DNA of 57,111 nucleotides from an uncultured Bacteroidales bacterium (GTDB taxonomy: Bacteria; Bacteroidota; Bacteroidia; Bacteroidales; UBA10428), in NCBI GenBank assembly GCA_964569585.1, contig CAZMVE010000006.1, positions 1 to 57,111 of the forward strand, read 5' to 3'. Positions within the stretch are counted from its first letter, which is position 1; each line of letters starts with the position of its first letter. Both the position numbers and the translations under genes were made by a program. The notes under the pieces are model-generated. The model worked only from the letters and a program-made list of their open reading frames with translations. It was not told the origin of the DNA and ran no database searches. Below are positions 10,991 to 21,266 of this stretch, one piece after another.

Positions 10991-12043
10991 ATGAGAAACA
11001 ATAGAATACTTGTTGGAATAACTCACGGCGATATAAATAGTATAAGTTATGAAGTAATTATAAAAGCCTTATTAGACAACAGGCTTTATGATTCCTGTAC
11101 TCCTATAGTATATGGATCGCCAAAAGTTGCAGCCTACCATCGCAAAGCTTTAAATATAGATAATTTTAGTTTCAACACAATTAAGTCGCCCGATGAGGCA
11201 AACCCGAAGAAATCAAATATTATTAATTGCATCGATGAGGATGCAAGAGTTGAGCTGGGCAAAATAACGGATTATGCCGGTAATTCGTCTATTATGGCTC
11301 TCGAAATAGCTACTCAGGATCTGGCTGATAAAAAAATTGATGTTTTGGTTACGGGCCCTGTCAATAAGTACAATATTCAGTCGGATAAATTCAATTATGC
11401 CGGCCATACGGAATTCCTTGAATCGCGATTTAATTCTGAAGGGGCTCTGATGTTTATGATTAACGATTTTATAAGAGTAGGGGTTGTTACCGGACATATT
11501 CCTATAGACAAGGTTACGGAATATATTACTAAGGATAGTATTATGCGTAAGCTTCGCATTATGAATAATTCTCTTATTCAGGATTTTGGAATCAGAAAAC
11601 CACGTATTGCCGTTCTTGGACTTAATCCGCATGCCGGCGATAATGGAGTCATAGGCGATGAGGAACAACGTGAGATAATTCCGGCATTAACTGCTATCCG
11701 CGAAGAAAACATACTGACATTTGGGCCCTTCCCGGCTGATGGTTTTTTTGGCTCTTCAAATTATACCAAGTTCGATGGAATACTGGCGATGTATCATGAT
11801 CAGGGTCTTATTCCATTTAAGGCAATGAGTCCTGACGGAGGTGTAAATTTTACTGCAGGCTTGTCGGTTATCCGCACTTCGCCGGCACATGGTACTGCTT
11901 ATGAAATTGCCGGCAAAAATGAAGCATCCCCCGATTCATTTCGACATGCTATTTATCTTGCGTGTGATATATTTAATACACGAAATGGATATAAAGAACT
12001 TACTACCAATCCATTAAAATCTTATGATATTTCTGATCTTTAA
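10991..12043 (+). CDS. pdxA: 4-hydroxythreonine-4-phosphate dehydrogenase
   Basis: ITHGDINSISYEVI start, GHTEFL, LNPHAGDNG, AMYHDQGLIPFK and IRTSPAHGTA motifs. Confidence 0.9.
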   Translation: MRNNRILVGITHGDINSISYEVIIKALLDNRLYDSCTPIVYGSPKVAAYHRKALNIDNFSFNTIKSPDEANPKKSNIINCIDEDARVELGKITDYAGNSSIMALEIATQDLADKKIDVLVTGPVNKYNIQSDKFNYAGHTEFLESRFNSEGALMFMINDFIRVGVVTGHIPIDKVTEYITKDSIMRKLRIMNNSLIQDFGIRKPRIAVLGLNPHAGDNGVIGDEEQREIIPALTAIREENILTFGPFPADGFFGSSNYTKFDGILAMYHDQGLIPFKAMSPDGGVNFTAGLSVIRTSPAHGTAYEIAGKNEASPDSFRHAIYLACDIFNTRNGYKELTTNPLKSYDISDL

Positions 12044-12105
12044 TTTTTTTGCATACACGGATATCGAAAGAGAAGAGAGTATGCTTAATTTTAAAATTAA
12101 TCTGA

Positions 12106-12687
12106 ATGCTTGATTATATTAAAGGTGAAATTGCCGAACTAACACCCACTCATATTATTCTCGAACAGAGTGGTATAGGTTATGAGATTAATATCTCACT
12201 ATTTAGTTACTCTAAATTGCAGGGATTAAGTGAGTGTAAAATTTATTTGCACCAGGTAATTCGTGAAGATGCTCATCTGCTTTTTGGATTTTCCTCACTG
12301 GAGGAAAGAAAAATCTTCCGGTTACTGATTTCAGTTTCAGGCGTAGGAGCCAATACAGCAAGAATGATTTTGTCTTCCATGTCGTCCGATGAGGTGCAAT
12401 TGGCAATTGCTGAAGGTAATGTTAGTATATTACAATCCATAAAAGGAATTGGAGCTAAGTCGGCTCAACGCATTATTATCGATCTGAAAGATAAAGTGAT
12501 AAAATCGGCTGATGGTGCACAAATATTCAGATCGGCGGACAATACAATAAAAAATGAAGCGTTATCTGCACTGGAGATACTTGGATTTGCAAGGAAACAA
12601 TCGGAGAAGGTAGTTGATAACTTATTGTTGAAAAATGCTAATATGCCTGTCGAAGATTTAATCAAACAAGCATTAAAGCTTCTATAG
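12106..12687 (+). CDS. ruvA: Holliday junction branch-migration complex subunit RuvA
   Basis: MLDYIKGEI...GIGYEINISL start, HhH motifs (SGVGANTARMILS, IKGIGAKSAQRIIIDLKDK), 193 aa. Confidence 0.9.
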   Translation: MLDYIKGEIAELTPTHIILEQSGIGYEINISLFSYSKLQGLSECKIYLHQVIREDAHLLFGFSSLEERKIFRLLISVSGVGANTARMILSSMSSDEVQLAIAEGNVSILQSIKGIGAKSAQRIIIDLKDKVIKSADGAQIFRSADNTIKNEALSALEILGFARKQSEKVVDNLLLKNANMPVEDLIKQALKLL

Positions 12688-12742
12688 CCTTAATTTTAAC
12701 CGGGTGCAAGTAGAAACGGGAAGGATTAAATATACAGGGATA

Positions 12743-15700
12743 ATGAGAAGTAGGTTTTATAGACCTGCTGTTCTAGTATTTGCCATAGGTTTATTGTTTT
12801 TCAATTCATCTGTATTTTCACAGAACTCATCGCCTTCTGATACTTTACCAACCACTGGTTTACGATATCCTATTAGAGAGCGTGATAATTATCCTTTTTC
12901 AAACTCAGGAAGCCAGTCACCTCTATTGTTGCGTCCGCCATCGAATGTGAAGCAAAACATAGAGTACGATCCCGAATCGAAGCAATATATTTTAAGCGAA
13001 ACAGTGGGGCAATTGAATTATCGACCTCCTGCTTCCATGTCTTTTGATGAGTACAAGCGATATGATGCACAGAAGTCAGAAAGAGATTACTGGCGGGAGA
13101 AATCGCTCGAGGAATCCGGAGCTGGTCCTTCCTTCATGAAAAACCTCAGGCTTGGCAACCAGGCTGTCGATAAAGTATTTGGTACCGATGTCATTAACAT
13201 AACTCCGCAGGGGAGTGCTGAACTGATATTTGGGTATACTATTTCGAGGAACGAAAATCCGTTGTTGCCGGTAAAAAACAGGCGCAACGGTTCTTTACTC
13301 TTCAAATCGAAAATTCAGATGAACGTTACCGGATCGATAGGTAATAAATTTGAAGTTGGTCTGAGTTACAATACCGAAGCAACTTTCGATTTTGAGAATA
13401 AGACAAAACTGGAATATTCCGGGGAAGAAGATGAGATCATTAAGAAAATTGAAGCCGGGGATATTTCATTTTCGTTGCCAGGATCTCTCATCACAGGAAG
13501 TCAGAGTTTATTTGGACTTAAAACCGAATTACAGTTTGGAAGACTTTCCGTAACAAGTGTAATGAGCCACCAGAGGGGTGAATCGTCATCAATAAATGTA
13601 CAGGGAGGAGCACAGCTTGTCGAGTTCGAAATAGATGTCGATGAATACGATGCCAATAGACATTTCTTTCTGGCACATTTCTTTCGCGATCATTATAACC
13701 AATGGATGAAGAACTTGCCCTATATCGAGTCGCAGGTTCAGATACAACAAATAGAAGTATGGGTAGTAAACAAACAGAGCGATTATTCTGAAGTTCGCAA
13801 CATCGCAGCTTTCATGGATCTGGGAGAAGGTTATGATTCGAATGGCAATCCAAATTTCTATTCAGGTACTAACATTATAGGCCCAATACGGGGAGTCGAT
13901 GCGCCTGCTTCGAACAATAATAATGCTCTTTATGGAATGTTGATGAACCAAAGTGGTATAAGAGCACTGGGTACTGCCAACAATGCCATAACGTCGGCTA
14001 GCAGGGACGAATTCACAGCAGGCCGCGATTATGTTTTACTTGAGAGTGCACGTCCACTTTCCGACAGAGAATATACCCTGAATCAGGAACTGGGATATAT
14101 CTCTCTTAATTCTCCATTACGCAACGATGAGATACTTGCTGTTGCATTTACTTTTACATACCGTGGACGAACCTATCAGGTTGGTGAACTTTCCAATCAT
14201 GTTGGCTCGCCGGGCGTTTTAGTATTAAAGCTTCTGAAAGGAATTACACCATCGCCGAAATTTCCCAACTGGGATCTTATGATGAAAAACGTATATGCGA
14301 TAGGTGCTTACCAGGTCAGTTCGGAAAATTTTGTATTAAATTTATTGTACCGTAATGATAAAACAGGTGTCCCCGTAAATTATATTTCTGAGACTGACTC
14401 CGCTAATATATCTCCGTTGGTGCAAAAACAGCCTTTGCTGAAAGTTCTGGAGCTGGATAATCTTGACACACGAAACGAACCTAATCCTGATGGGGTTTTC
14501 GATTATGTTGAAGGAATAACTATTAACTCAAGGAACGGAAGGATTTACTTCCCTTTGCTCGAACCTTTTGGCTCCGATTTACGAAGAAAAATAGTTGAGG
14601 GAGCCAGCAATCCATTTGAGGCAGAGCGTATTGCTGATAAATATGTTTTTGAAGAATTATATGATTCAACAAAAACAAGGGCCGAACAGGTTGCCGAAAA
14701 AAACAAATTTTTCTTTAAGGGACAATATCAGTCCTCATCAAGTTCAGAAATACAGCTCAATGCGATGAATATTCCTAGAGGCTCAGTGGTTGTAACCGCC
14801 GGTGGGCGAACCTTGGATGAAAATGTGGATTATACTGTCGATTATACGCTGGGCAGGGTGAAGATCATTAATCAGGGGCTTCTGGAATCAGGTACGCCTA
14901 TTCGTATCTCCCTTGAAAGCAACTCTCTTTTCAATATTCAGACAAAAACCTTATTAGGAACCCACCTCGATTACCGTATTTCCGAAAACTTCAACATTGG
15001 TGCTACTCTGATGAAACTGACTGAGACACCTTTAACAAAAAAGGTCAATATGGGCGATGAACCCATTTCAAATACCATATGGGGCTTAAACACATCGTAC
15101 CGTACTCAGAGTCAGCTACTCACCACTCTGGTAGATAAGTTGCCCTTTCTTGAAACCAAACAAACTTCAAGCATTATGTTTGAAGCTGAATTTGCCCAAC
15201 TGATACCTGGTCAGGCTAAAATAATCGGTAAAAATGGGGTGGCCTATATCGACGATTTTGAAGCAGCTCAGACCAAAATTGAGATGAAGACTTTCTCAAG
15301 CTGGCACCTGGCTAGTCCGCCAAAAAATAATCCTGATTTTTCATTTAACAACGAAAGTGGCATCGGAATTGGCTATGGACGTGCTAAACTCGCCTGGTAT
15401 GTTATCGATCCGCTTTTTTATCGAAGTAGCGGGCTAAATCCCGGCAATCAGGAAATCAATGATGATTTGAAAAGTCATTACGGACGAAGGATCAGGGAAA
15501 ATGAAATATTTCCTACCAAAGAAAGTGAACTCCCTGGCGAAAATTTTATTTCTATTTTAAATCTTGCCTATTATCCTGATGAAAGAGGCCCCTATAATTA
15601 TGATCCTGACCTGAATCTCGATGTTAAATTACCAAATCCTGTAAACAGATGGGGTGGTATAATGAGGGAGATTATCAATAGCGATTTTGAAACCTCGAAC

Positions 15701-18700
15701 ATCGAATTTATTGAGTTCTGGTTAATGGACCCATTTCTTGAAGATTCGACTAATGAAGGAGGTGACTTTTTCATACATTTGGGAGAAATTTCCGAAGATA
15801 TCCTGCCTGACTCCCGGAAAGCATTTGAAGGAGGCTTACCCAGCAGCCCTAACGATACTATCGGAGTTGATTATACAATCTGGGGACGTGTTCCTTCCGG
15901 ACAGGCTTATTTGAATACATTTGCGGGTGAAGAAGGAAGGCAATACCAGGATGTTGGTCTCGATGGATTAATCAATACTGATGAGGAAGATTTTTTTAAC
16001 AGCTACCTTCTGAGTGTTGACCAGAGTATTGTACCTACTATACGTGAAGACATTTCGGCCGATGATTTTGAATATTTTCTTAGCGACGGACATAACCTGG
16101 CGGGCCATGGAATCCTGGATCGGTATAAGAATTTTAATAACCTGGAAGGAAATTCTCCACCTCTGGGATCCGGTCTGGAATATACACCCTCCAACTCGAA
16201 TGAGCCAGATATTGAGGACATAAACCGTGATAATACTTTAAATACAGTAGAAACTTATTTTCAGTACCGGGTAAGCTTACGTTCTGAGGATCTTGAACAG
16301 GTGGGTCAAAATTTTATAGTCGATAAAATTGAAGCAGAGGTACCTGATTTTGAACAGAATGTGCGTTGGTATCAGTTCCGCATTCCCTTGAGTGAATGGG
16401 AAAGCAAAATGGGCGATATTGAAGATTTCAAATCTGTACGGTTTATGCGTGTCATGCTTTCCGGATTCGAACAAAAAGTAGTTCTTCGATTTGCCACTCT
16501 CGATCTGTTAAGGGGTGAGTGGAGAAGGTACAATTTTGATATCAGCGAAACCAATCCCGATGCGACCATTCAACCCGGAGGGACAGGCTTTGAGGTATCT
16601 GCTGTTAATTTCGAAGAAAATTCGGAACGTACTCCGATTAATTATATACTGCCCCCCGGAATTGATCGTGTAATTGATCCGGGCAATCCACAGGTGGCAC
16701 ATCTGAACGAACAGTCTATTTCACTTAAAATTGGCAACCTCGAAGATGCCGATGGGAGGTCAGTATTCAAGAATGTCCAGCTCGATTTGCGTCAATATAA
16801 GAATCTCGAGATGTTTATACATGCCGAGGATCTTCCGGGCCAGAATACAAATCTGGGTGATTTCGAAATATCTGCATTCATCCGTATTGGCTCCGATTAT
16901 AAAAATAATTACTATGAAATTGAGGTACCACTAATGGTAACCCCTCCAGGGCAGTATGATGATAGAAATGATAATCACCGCCAGATTGTGTGGCCTGATT
17001 TTAACAAAATAGAGATGATTCTGGAACAGTTAGTGGAACTGAAAAAAGAACGAAACAGAAGGGTGCAGGAAGATCCTTTGAATTACTCGTCGCAAAGCGT
17101 ATACAGTAAGCAGGTTCCTGTATATGATGATTTCGGGGAATATATAAAAAGCAATACAATAAAGGTAAAAGGGAATCCTAATCTTGGGAATATAAGACAA
17201 ATCATGCTTGGTGTGAGAAACCCGGGCGATATAGCGAGTTTTGACAGGGTCAATGACGGTTTTCCGAAATCGGCTGAAGTATGGTTTAACGAGTTGCGCT
17301 TATCCGATTTCAACAACAGGGGAGGATGGGCTGCTAATGGCAGAGTACAGGCACAACTGGCCGATTTTGGTGTAGTAAACATTGCCGGTAGCACAAGCAC
17401 TCCAGGATTTGGCAGCATTGAAGAGAAGGTGGAAGAACGCTCCATGGAAGAGGTTAATCAGTATGATATCTCGACAAACCTTGAACTCGGTAAATTTTTC
17501 GCTGAAAAAGCCAACGTTTCTATTCCGCTTTATTTTGGTACATCTAAAACTATTATCAATCCGGAGTATTTTCCCAAGGACCCCGATATTAAATTCGAGG
17601 ATATTCTTGCCGAGGCGCAAACCAAAGCTGATCGTGATAGTCTGAAACTGATTTCTCAGGATTTAACCACACGGACGAGTATCAATATTACAAACATGCG
17701 TTGGAATAAGCGTTTTAAAAAGGTCGAGTTATTGTCTCCGGCAAATTTATCGGCCAGCATTGGTTATGCTCAAACTTTGGCTCATAATTACAGTACGGAG
17801 TATAATAACCTATGGAAATATAACTTGGGACTGAATTATGTTTATAATACGCGACCGAAAAATATACAACCTTTTAAAAAGTCAAAGAAATTAAGAAAGC
17901 CGGCATTCCAGCTAATTCGCGATCTGAATTTTAATCCCTACCCATCCCGGTTTTCTCTGGGTACTCAATTCGACAGGAATTACCAGGAAATGAAAATGCG
18001 AAATGTATTCGAAGATATCGAATTGCTGATAGAACCAACAGTTAACAAGGATTTCACCTGGAACCGGAAATTTGATATAAAGTGGGACTTTACACGTGCA
18101 TTGAGGATGGATTATTCGGCAACAACTATTACCCGGATTGATGAGCCTCAGGGTCAGCAGGATTTGTTTATCCCTGACAATACACTGTGGAAGGATTCTG
18201 TTTGGAACAGTATACGCGAAGGCGGACGAAAAATGAATTACACTCAGAAAATGGATATTAACTATACTGTCCCTATAAATAAGATCCCGGGCTTCAACTG
18301 GATAAATCTTAACACTTCCTATGGGACTACCTACAACTGGCTTCGGGGTGAAATAGTTCCCGGCAGGATTTTAGGAAATACAATTAAAAATTCAAATTCG
18401 ATAAAAGCTAATAGTACCCTGAATTTGAGAAGCCTGTATTCGAAAATTGGATATTTAAAGAAACTGGATGCCAAATATTCAAAGCCCAAATCGACTCGGG
18501 CAAAAGCCCCCGAAGACATGCGCTATAAAGAAGTGCGCTATGAGCAGCGTACATTTTTTAAGAAAGATGTCCCCAAAAATATAAACCATAGATTAAAAAC
18601 CGAGAATGTGGAAATTCAGGTTCTTGATGCGGATGGGAATGAGATTGAAGTTGAAACTAGTATTGTAAACGAGAACAGGATTACAATTACCGCCACCAGC

Positions 18701-20224
18701 GATCTTACGGGAGTAACAGTTATTGTTGTGGGAAAAATTCCCCGGGGCGAGAATCCGATTATCTTCCTTGCCGAAAATAGTATTCGCTTGTTAACCGGGT
18801 TTAAGACAATTAGTATTTCATGGATGCAATCATCGGGGAGCGTACTTCCCGGATTTACTCCTGAAATAGATTTATTTGGGATGAACCTCTCCGATAATAA
18901 TGGCGCACCGGGCTGGCCTTTTGTGTTTGGGATGCAGGATACCGGTATTGTTCGCAAATTCATCGACAGGGATTGGCTTACAAGAGAAAGTACATTCAGC
19001 AAACCCTTTCAGTTTAACAGGAGCAAAGAACTTAATATCAGGGCAACCTATGAGCCTTTCAAAGGATTGCGGATCGATATAAATGCAAGCCGGTCGTATT
19101 CGGAATTCAATGAACAGCTTTATTTTTACGATGATTCCTTGGAACTCTCTAATTACGGCAATTATTTTATCGATCATATTTATACCGGAGGTAGTTTTTC
19201 GATTTCAGTAATTACACTATCAACAGCATTCGAACGGCCCAGTGAGAAAAATAACTGGCATTCTCCGGCCTTTGATCGTCTCAACGATAACCGGTCGGTT
19301 ATATCTGCCAGGCGTTATCGCGAACGGATCAGCAGCAGTGAGGAATATAACTATACACTATATCATGGCGATGCCGAGCAGTTTTACGATGGTTATGGAC
19401 CTACATCTCAGGAAGTACTTATACCTGCATTTCTTTCAGCTTATACCGGAGTTGACCCTCAAAATATTACGCTGGAAGCTTTTTTCTGGACTATGATGCC
19501 CAATTGGAAAGTCTCTTTCGATGGTCTTTCTAAACTGGATTTTATCCAGAAATTTCTCAAAACTATAGTCTTATCACATTCCTATAAATCCACATATTCA
19601 ATTACCGGTTTTGGTACTAATGTCAGTTACTTCGACGACTTCGAATCAGGAATATTTGACAGTGATGACGACATTCGTAGTGTAATGCGTGATGATCAAC
19701 TTAATTATATTGCGCAATATCAGTATAGCTCGGTTTCCATTAAGGAACAATTGAGTCCTCTGATTGGATTTGATATGACCTGGCATAACAGCCTTCTGAC
19801 GAAATTTGAGATTGGCAACACCCGGATGGTACTTCTGAGTCTGAACAATAATCAGGTTAATGAAACACGAAATAGAGATTACACTATTGGAGCCGGTTAC
19901 AGGTTTAAGGAGGTGCCTCTTAATATCACAGCCGGTGGTACAAAACGACAAATAACCAGCGATCTTAATGTTCGTTTCGATATTTCGCTGCGCAATAACG
20001 TTACCATTATACGTTTCCTTACCGAACAACTGGACGAAGTAAACGATTACAGGGTAACCACTGGGGCTAAAAGAGTTACAATGGGACTCACCGCCGATTA
20101 TGTCTTTAGCAAAAACTTCAATGTCCAATTCTTTTTCGACAGGGAAGTTAATACACCCTTTACTACAACTACATTCAAAACAGCTGAAACAAATATTGGA
20201 TTTAGTTTACGACTCTCTCTGTAA
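12743..20224 (+). CDS. sprA: T9SS outer-membrane translocon / gliding-motility protein SprA (Sov)
   Basis: Giant ORF of about 2490 aa with a signal peptide starting at MRSRFYRPAVLVFAIGLLFF. The listed GTG at 12704 is probably too far upstream. Size and beta-rich composition are characteristic of Bacteroidota SprA. It ends in a beta-barrel-like terminus ...IGFSLRLSL. Confidence 0.9.
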   Translation: MRSRFYRPAVLVFAIGLLFFNSSVFSQNSSPSDTLPTTGLRYPIRERDNYPFSNSGSQSPLLLRPPSNVKQNIEYDPESKQYILSETVGQLNYRPPASMSFDEYKRYDAQKSERDYWREKSLEESGAGPSFMKNLRLGNQAVDKVFGTDVINITPQGSAELIFGYTISRNENPLLPVKNRRNGSLLFKSKIQMNVTGSIGNKFEVGLSYNTEATFDFENKTKLEYSGEEDEIIKKIEAGDISFSLPGSLITGSQSLFGLKTELQFGRLSVTSVMSHQRGESSSINVQGGAQLVEFEIDVDEYDANRHFFLAHFFRDHYNQWMKNLPYIESQVQIQQIEVWVVNKQSDYSEVRNIAAFMDLGEGYDSNGNPNFYSGTNIIGPIRGVDAPASNNNNALYGMLMNQSGIRALGTANNAITSASRDEFTAGRDYVLLESARPLSDREYTLNQELGYISLNSPLRNDEILAVAFTFTYRGRTYQVGELSNHVGSPGVLVLKLLKGITPSPKFPNWDLMMKNVYAIGAYQVSSENFVLNLLYRNDKTGVPVNYISETDSANISPLVQKQPLLKVLELDNLDTRNEPNPDGVFDYVEGITINSRNGRIYFPLLEPFGSDLRRKIVEGASNPFEAERIADKYVFEELYDSTKTRAEQVAEKNKFFFKGQYQSSSSSEIQLNAMNIPRGSVVVTAGGRTLDENVDYTVDYTLGRVKIINQGLLESGTPIRISLESNSLFNIQTKTLLGTHLDYRISENFNIGATLMKLTETPLTKKVNMGDEPISNTIWGLNTSYRTQSQLLTTLVDKLPFLETKQTSSIMFEAEFAQLIPGQAKIIGKNGVAYIDDFEAAQTKIEMKTFSSWHLASPPKNNPDFSFNNESGIGIGYGRAKLAWYVIDPLFYRSSGLNPGNQEINDDLKSHYGRRIRENEIFPTKESELPGENFISILNLAYYPDERGPYNYDPDLNLDVKLPNPVNRWGGIMREIINSDFETSNIEFIEFWLMDPFLEDSTNEGGDFFIHLGEISEDILPDSRKAFEGGLPSSPNDTIGVDYTIWGRVPSGQAYLNTFAGEEGRQYQDVGLDGLINTDEEDFFNSYLLSVDQSIVPTIREDISADDFEYFLSDGHNLAGHGILDRYKNFNNLEGNSPPLGSGLEYTPSNSNEPDIEDINRDNTLNTVETYFQYRVSLRSEDLEQVGQNFIVDKIEAEVPDFEQNVRWYQFRIPLSEWESKMGDIEDFKSVRFMRVMLSGFEQKVVLRFATLDLLRGEWRRYNFDISETNPDATIQPGGTGFEVSAVNFEENSERTPINYILPPGIDRVIDPGNPQVAHLNEQSISLKIGNLEDADGRSVFKNVQLDLRQYKNLEMFIHAEDLPGQNTNLGDFEISAFIRIGSDYKNNYYEIEVPLMVTPPGQYDDRNDNHRQIVWPDFNKIEMILEQLVELKKERNRRVQEDPLNYSSQSVYSKQVPVYDDFGEYIKSNTIKVKGNPNLGNIRQIMLGVRNPGDIASFDRVNDGFPKSAEVWFNELRLSDFNNRGGWAANGRVQAQLADFGVVNIAGSTSTPGFGSIEEKVEERSMEEVNQYDISTNLELGKFFAEKANVSIPLYFGTSKTIINPEYFPKDPDIKFEDILAEAQTKADRDSLKLISQDLTTRTSINITNMRWNKRFKKVELLSPANLSASIGYAQTLAHNYSTEYNNLWKYNLGLNYVYNTRPKNIQPFKKSKKLRKPAFQLIRDLNFNPYPSRFSLGTQFDRNYQEMKMRNVFEDIELLIEPTVNKDFTWNRKFDIKWDFTRALRMDYSATTITRIDEPQGQQDLFIPDNTLWKDSVWNSIREGGRKMNYTQKMDINYTVPINKIPGFNWINLNTSYGTTYNWLRGEIVPGRILGNTIKNSNSIKANSTLNLRSLYSKIGYLKKLDAKYSKPKSTRAKAPEDMRYKEVRYEQRTFFKKDVPKNINHRLKTENVEIQVLDADGNEIEVETSIVNENRITITATSDLTGVTVIVVGKIPRGENPIIFLAENSIRLLTGFKTISISWMQSSGSVLPGFTPEIDLFGMNLSDNNGAPGWPFVFGMQDTGIVRKFIDRDWLTRESTFSKPFQFNRSKELNIRATYEPFKGLRIDINASRSYSEFNEQLYFYDDSLELSNYGNYFIDHIYTGGSFSISVITLSTAFERPSEKNNWHSPAFDRLNDNRSVISARRYRERISSSEEYNYTLYHGDAEQFYDGYGPTSQEVLIPAFLSAYTGVDPQNITLEAFFWTMMPNWKVSFDGLSKLDFIQKFLKTIVLSHSYKSTYSITGFGTNVSYFDDFESGIFDSDDDIRSVMRDDQLNYIAQYQYSSVSIKEQLSPLIGFDMTWHNSLLTKFEIGNTRMVLLSLNNNQVNETRNRDYTIGAGYRFKEVPLNITAGGTKRQITSDLNVRFDISLRNNVTIIRFLTEQLDEVNDYRVTTGAKRVTMGLTADYVFSKNFNVQFFFDREVNTPFTTTTFKTAETNIGFSLRLSL

Positions 20225-20345
20225 TTCGATAGCACGAAAGAAGAGAATAAAAGTTGTGCAATAAAAAGACAGAAGTGAAATTTTGTACATTCCCTTTTTT
20301 GGATATTTGTATATTTACAGGAAAGATCAAAATAAAACACGAGCT

Positions 20346-20729
20346 ATGGATATTCCCGATAATGTAAAGTACACTAAGGATCATGAATGGATCAGAATAG
20401 AAAATGATAGTAATGCTGTTGTAGGTGTCACTGATTATGCTCAGGGCGAACTTGGTGATATCGTTTTTTTGGAAATTGAAACACAGGGCGAGCAACTGGA
20501 TAAAGGTGAAGTTTTTGGAACTATAGAGGCAGTGAAAACTGTATCGGATCTTTTTATGCCGGCATCGGGCGAAATTGTCGCAATTAATGAAGAGCTAAAT
20601 GATTCGCCTGAACTCATCAACAGTGATCCGTTTGGGAAGGGATGGTTGATAAAGATTCAGCTAACTAATGTTTCGGAATTGGATACGCTGCTTGATGCCG
20701 CACAATATGAAGAATTAATAAATTCCTAG
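20346..20729 (+). CDS. gcvH: Glycine cleavage system H protein
   Basis: MDIPDNVKYTKDHEWIRIE..., lipoyl-lysine context GTIEAVKTVSDLFMPASGEIV. The ATG at 20346 gives the expected length of about 127 aa. The listed 20283 start is likely spurious. Confidence 0.9.
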   Translation: MDIPDNVKYTKDHEWIRIENDSNAVVGVTDYAQGELGDIVFLEIETQGEQLDKGEVFGTIEAVKTVSDLFMPASGEIVAINEELNDSPELINSDPFGKGWLIKIQLTNVSELDTLLDAAQYEELINS

Positions 20730-20836
20730 TAACCGGAAAGTAGCTTTAGGTGATACGTTTGTATTGAACCCTGTCCTAATGATTAGCAGGCAGCAGGTAT
20801 TATTACAATTGTGCCAGCTAGATTAAATTCAGTAAT

Positions 20837-21058
20837 TTAAAATAATCGAGGTTGTTCATCATCCCAGAGAGTAGGATAATTATCATCAAATTTCCGAAGA
20901 ACTTCAGATATAATAGCTTCACGCATAAATTTTGCCTTATTTCTTACCTTGAACTTTTCGCAATACTGAGTAATTGCACTATGCTCTCTCGAATTAAACC
21001 GGATTGTTTGTGTTATCGCTCTCTTTAAATTAAGGTCCTTCGCTGTTTTTCTCCTCAT
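20837..21058 (-). CDS. Small hypothetical protein (73 aa), possibly ribbon-helix-helix-like
   Basis: Isolated small basic ORF (RAITQTIRFNSREHSAITQYCEKFKVRNKAKFMREAII) inside a ~540-nt gene-poor interval. The fold guess is inference only. Confidence 0.35.
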   Translation of the reverse strand: MRRKTAKDLNLKRAITQTIRFNSREHSAITQYCEKFKVRNKAKFMREAIISEVLRKFDDNYPTLWDDEQPRLF

Positions 21059-21266
21059 AGTATTTCACGGCATAGGATTTACCCGAAAATACTAATTATT
21101 ATAAAGGCTTCAGGATCATACTTATTAACAAGATTTGGTATACAATATATTTAGTAAAAGGAGTTCAGTCCTGGCCGGAATTGTAATCTATTGATCTTTA
21201 TAGCCCTTAATAGATCAGTTATGGTGGAAAGGGATAAATATAATTCCTGTTGAAAAGTTCTACTTC

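Noticed and set aside
12873-20128. Many 60-160-aa ORFs antisense to or out of frame within sprA, with equivalent shadow ORFs inside SusC, SusD, dxr, rseP, galT, galK, modB, the SSF transporter, cas9, cas1 and others.
   Set aside because: They lie entirely inside long ORFs that have clear family signatures. They have low-complexity, odd composition and no independent support. They are typical shadow ORFs.
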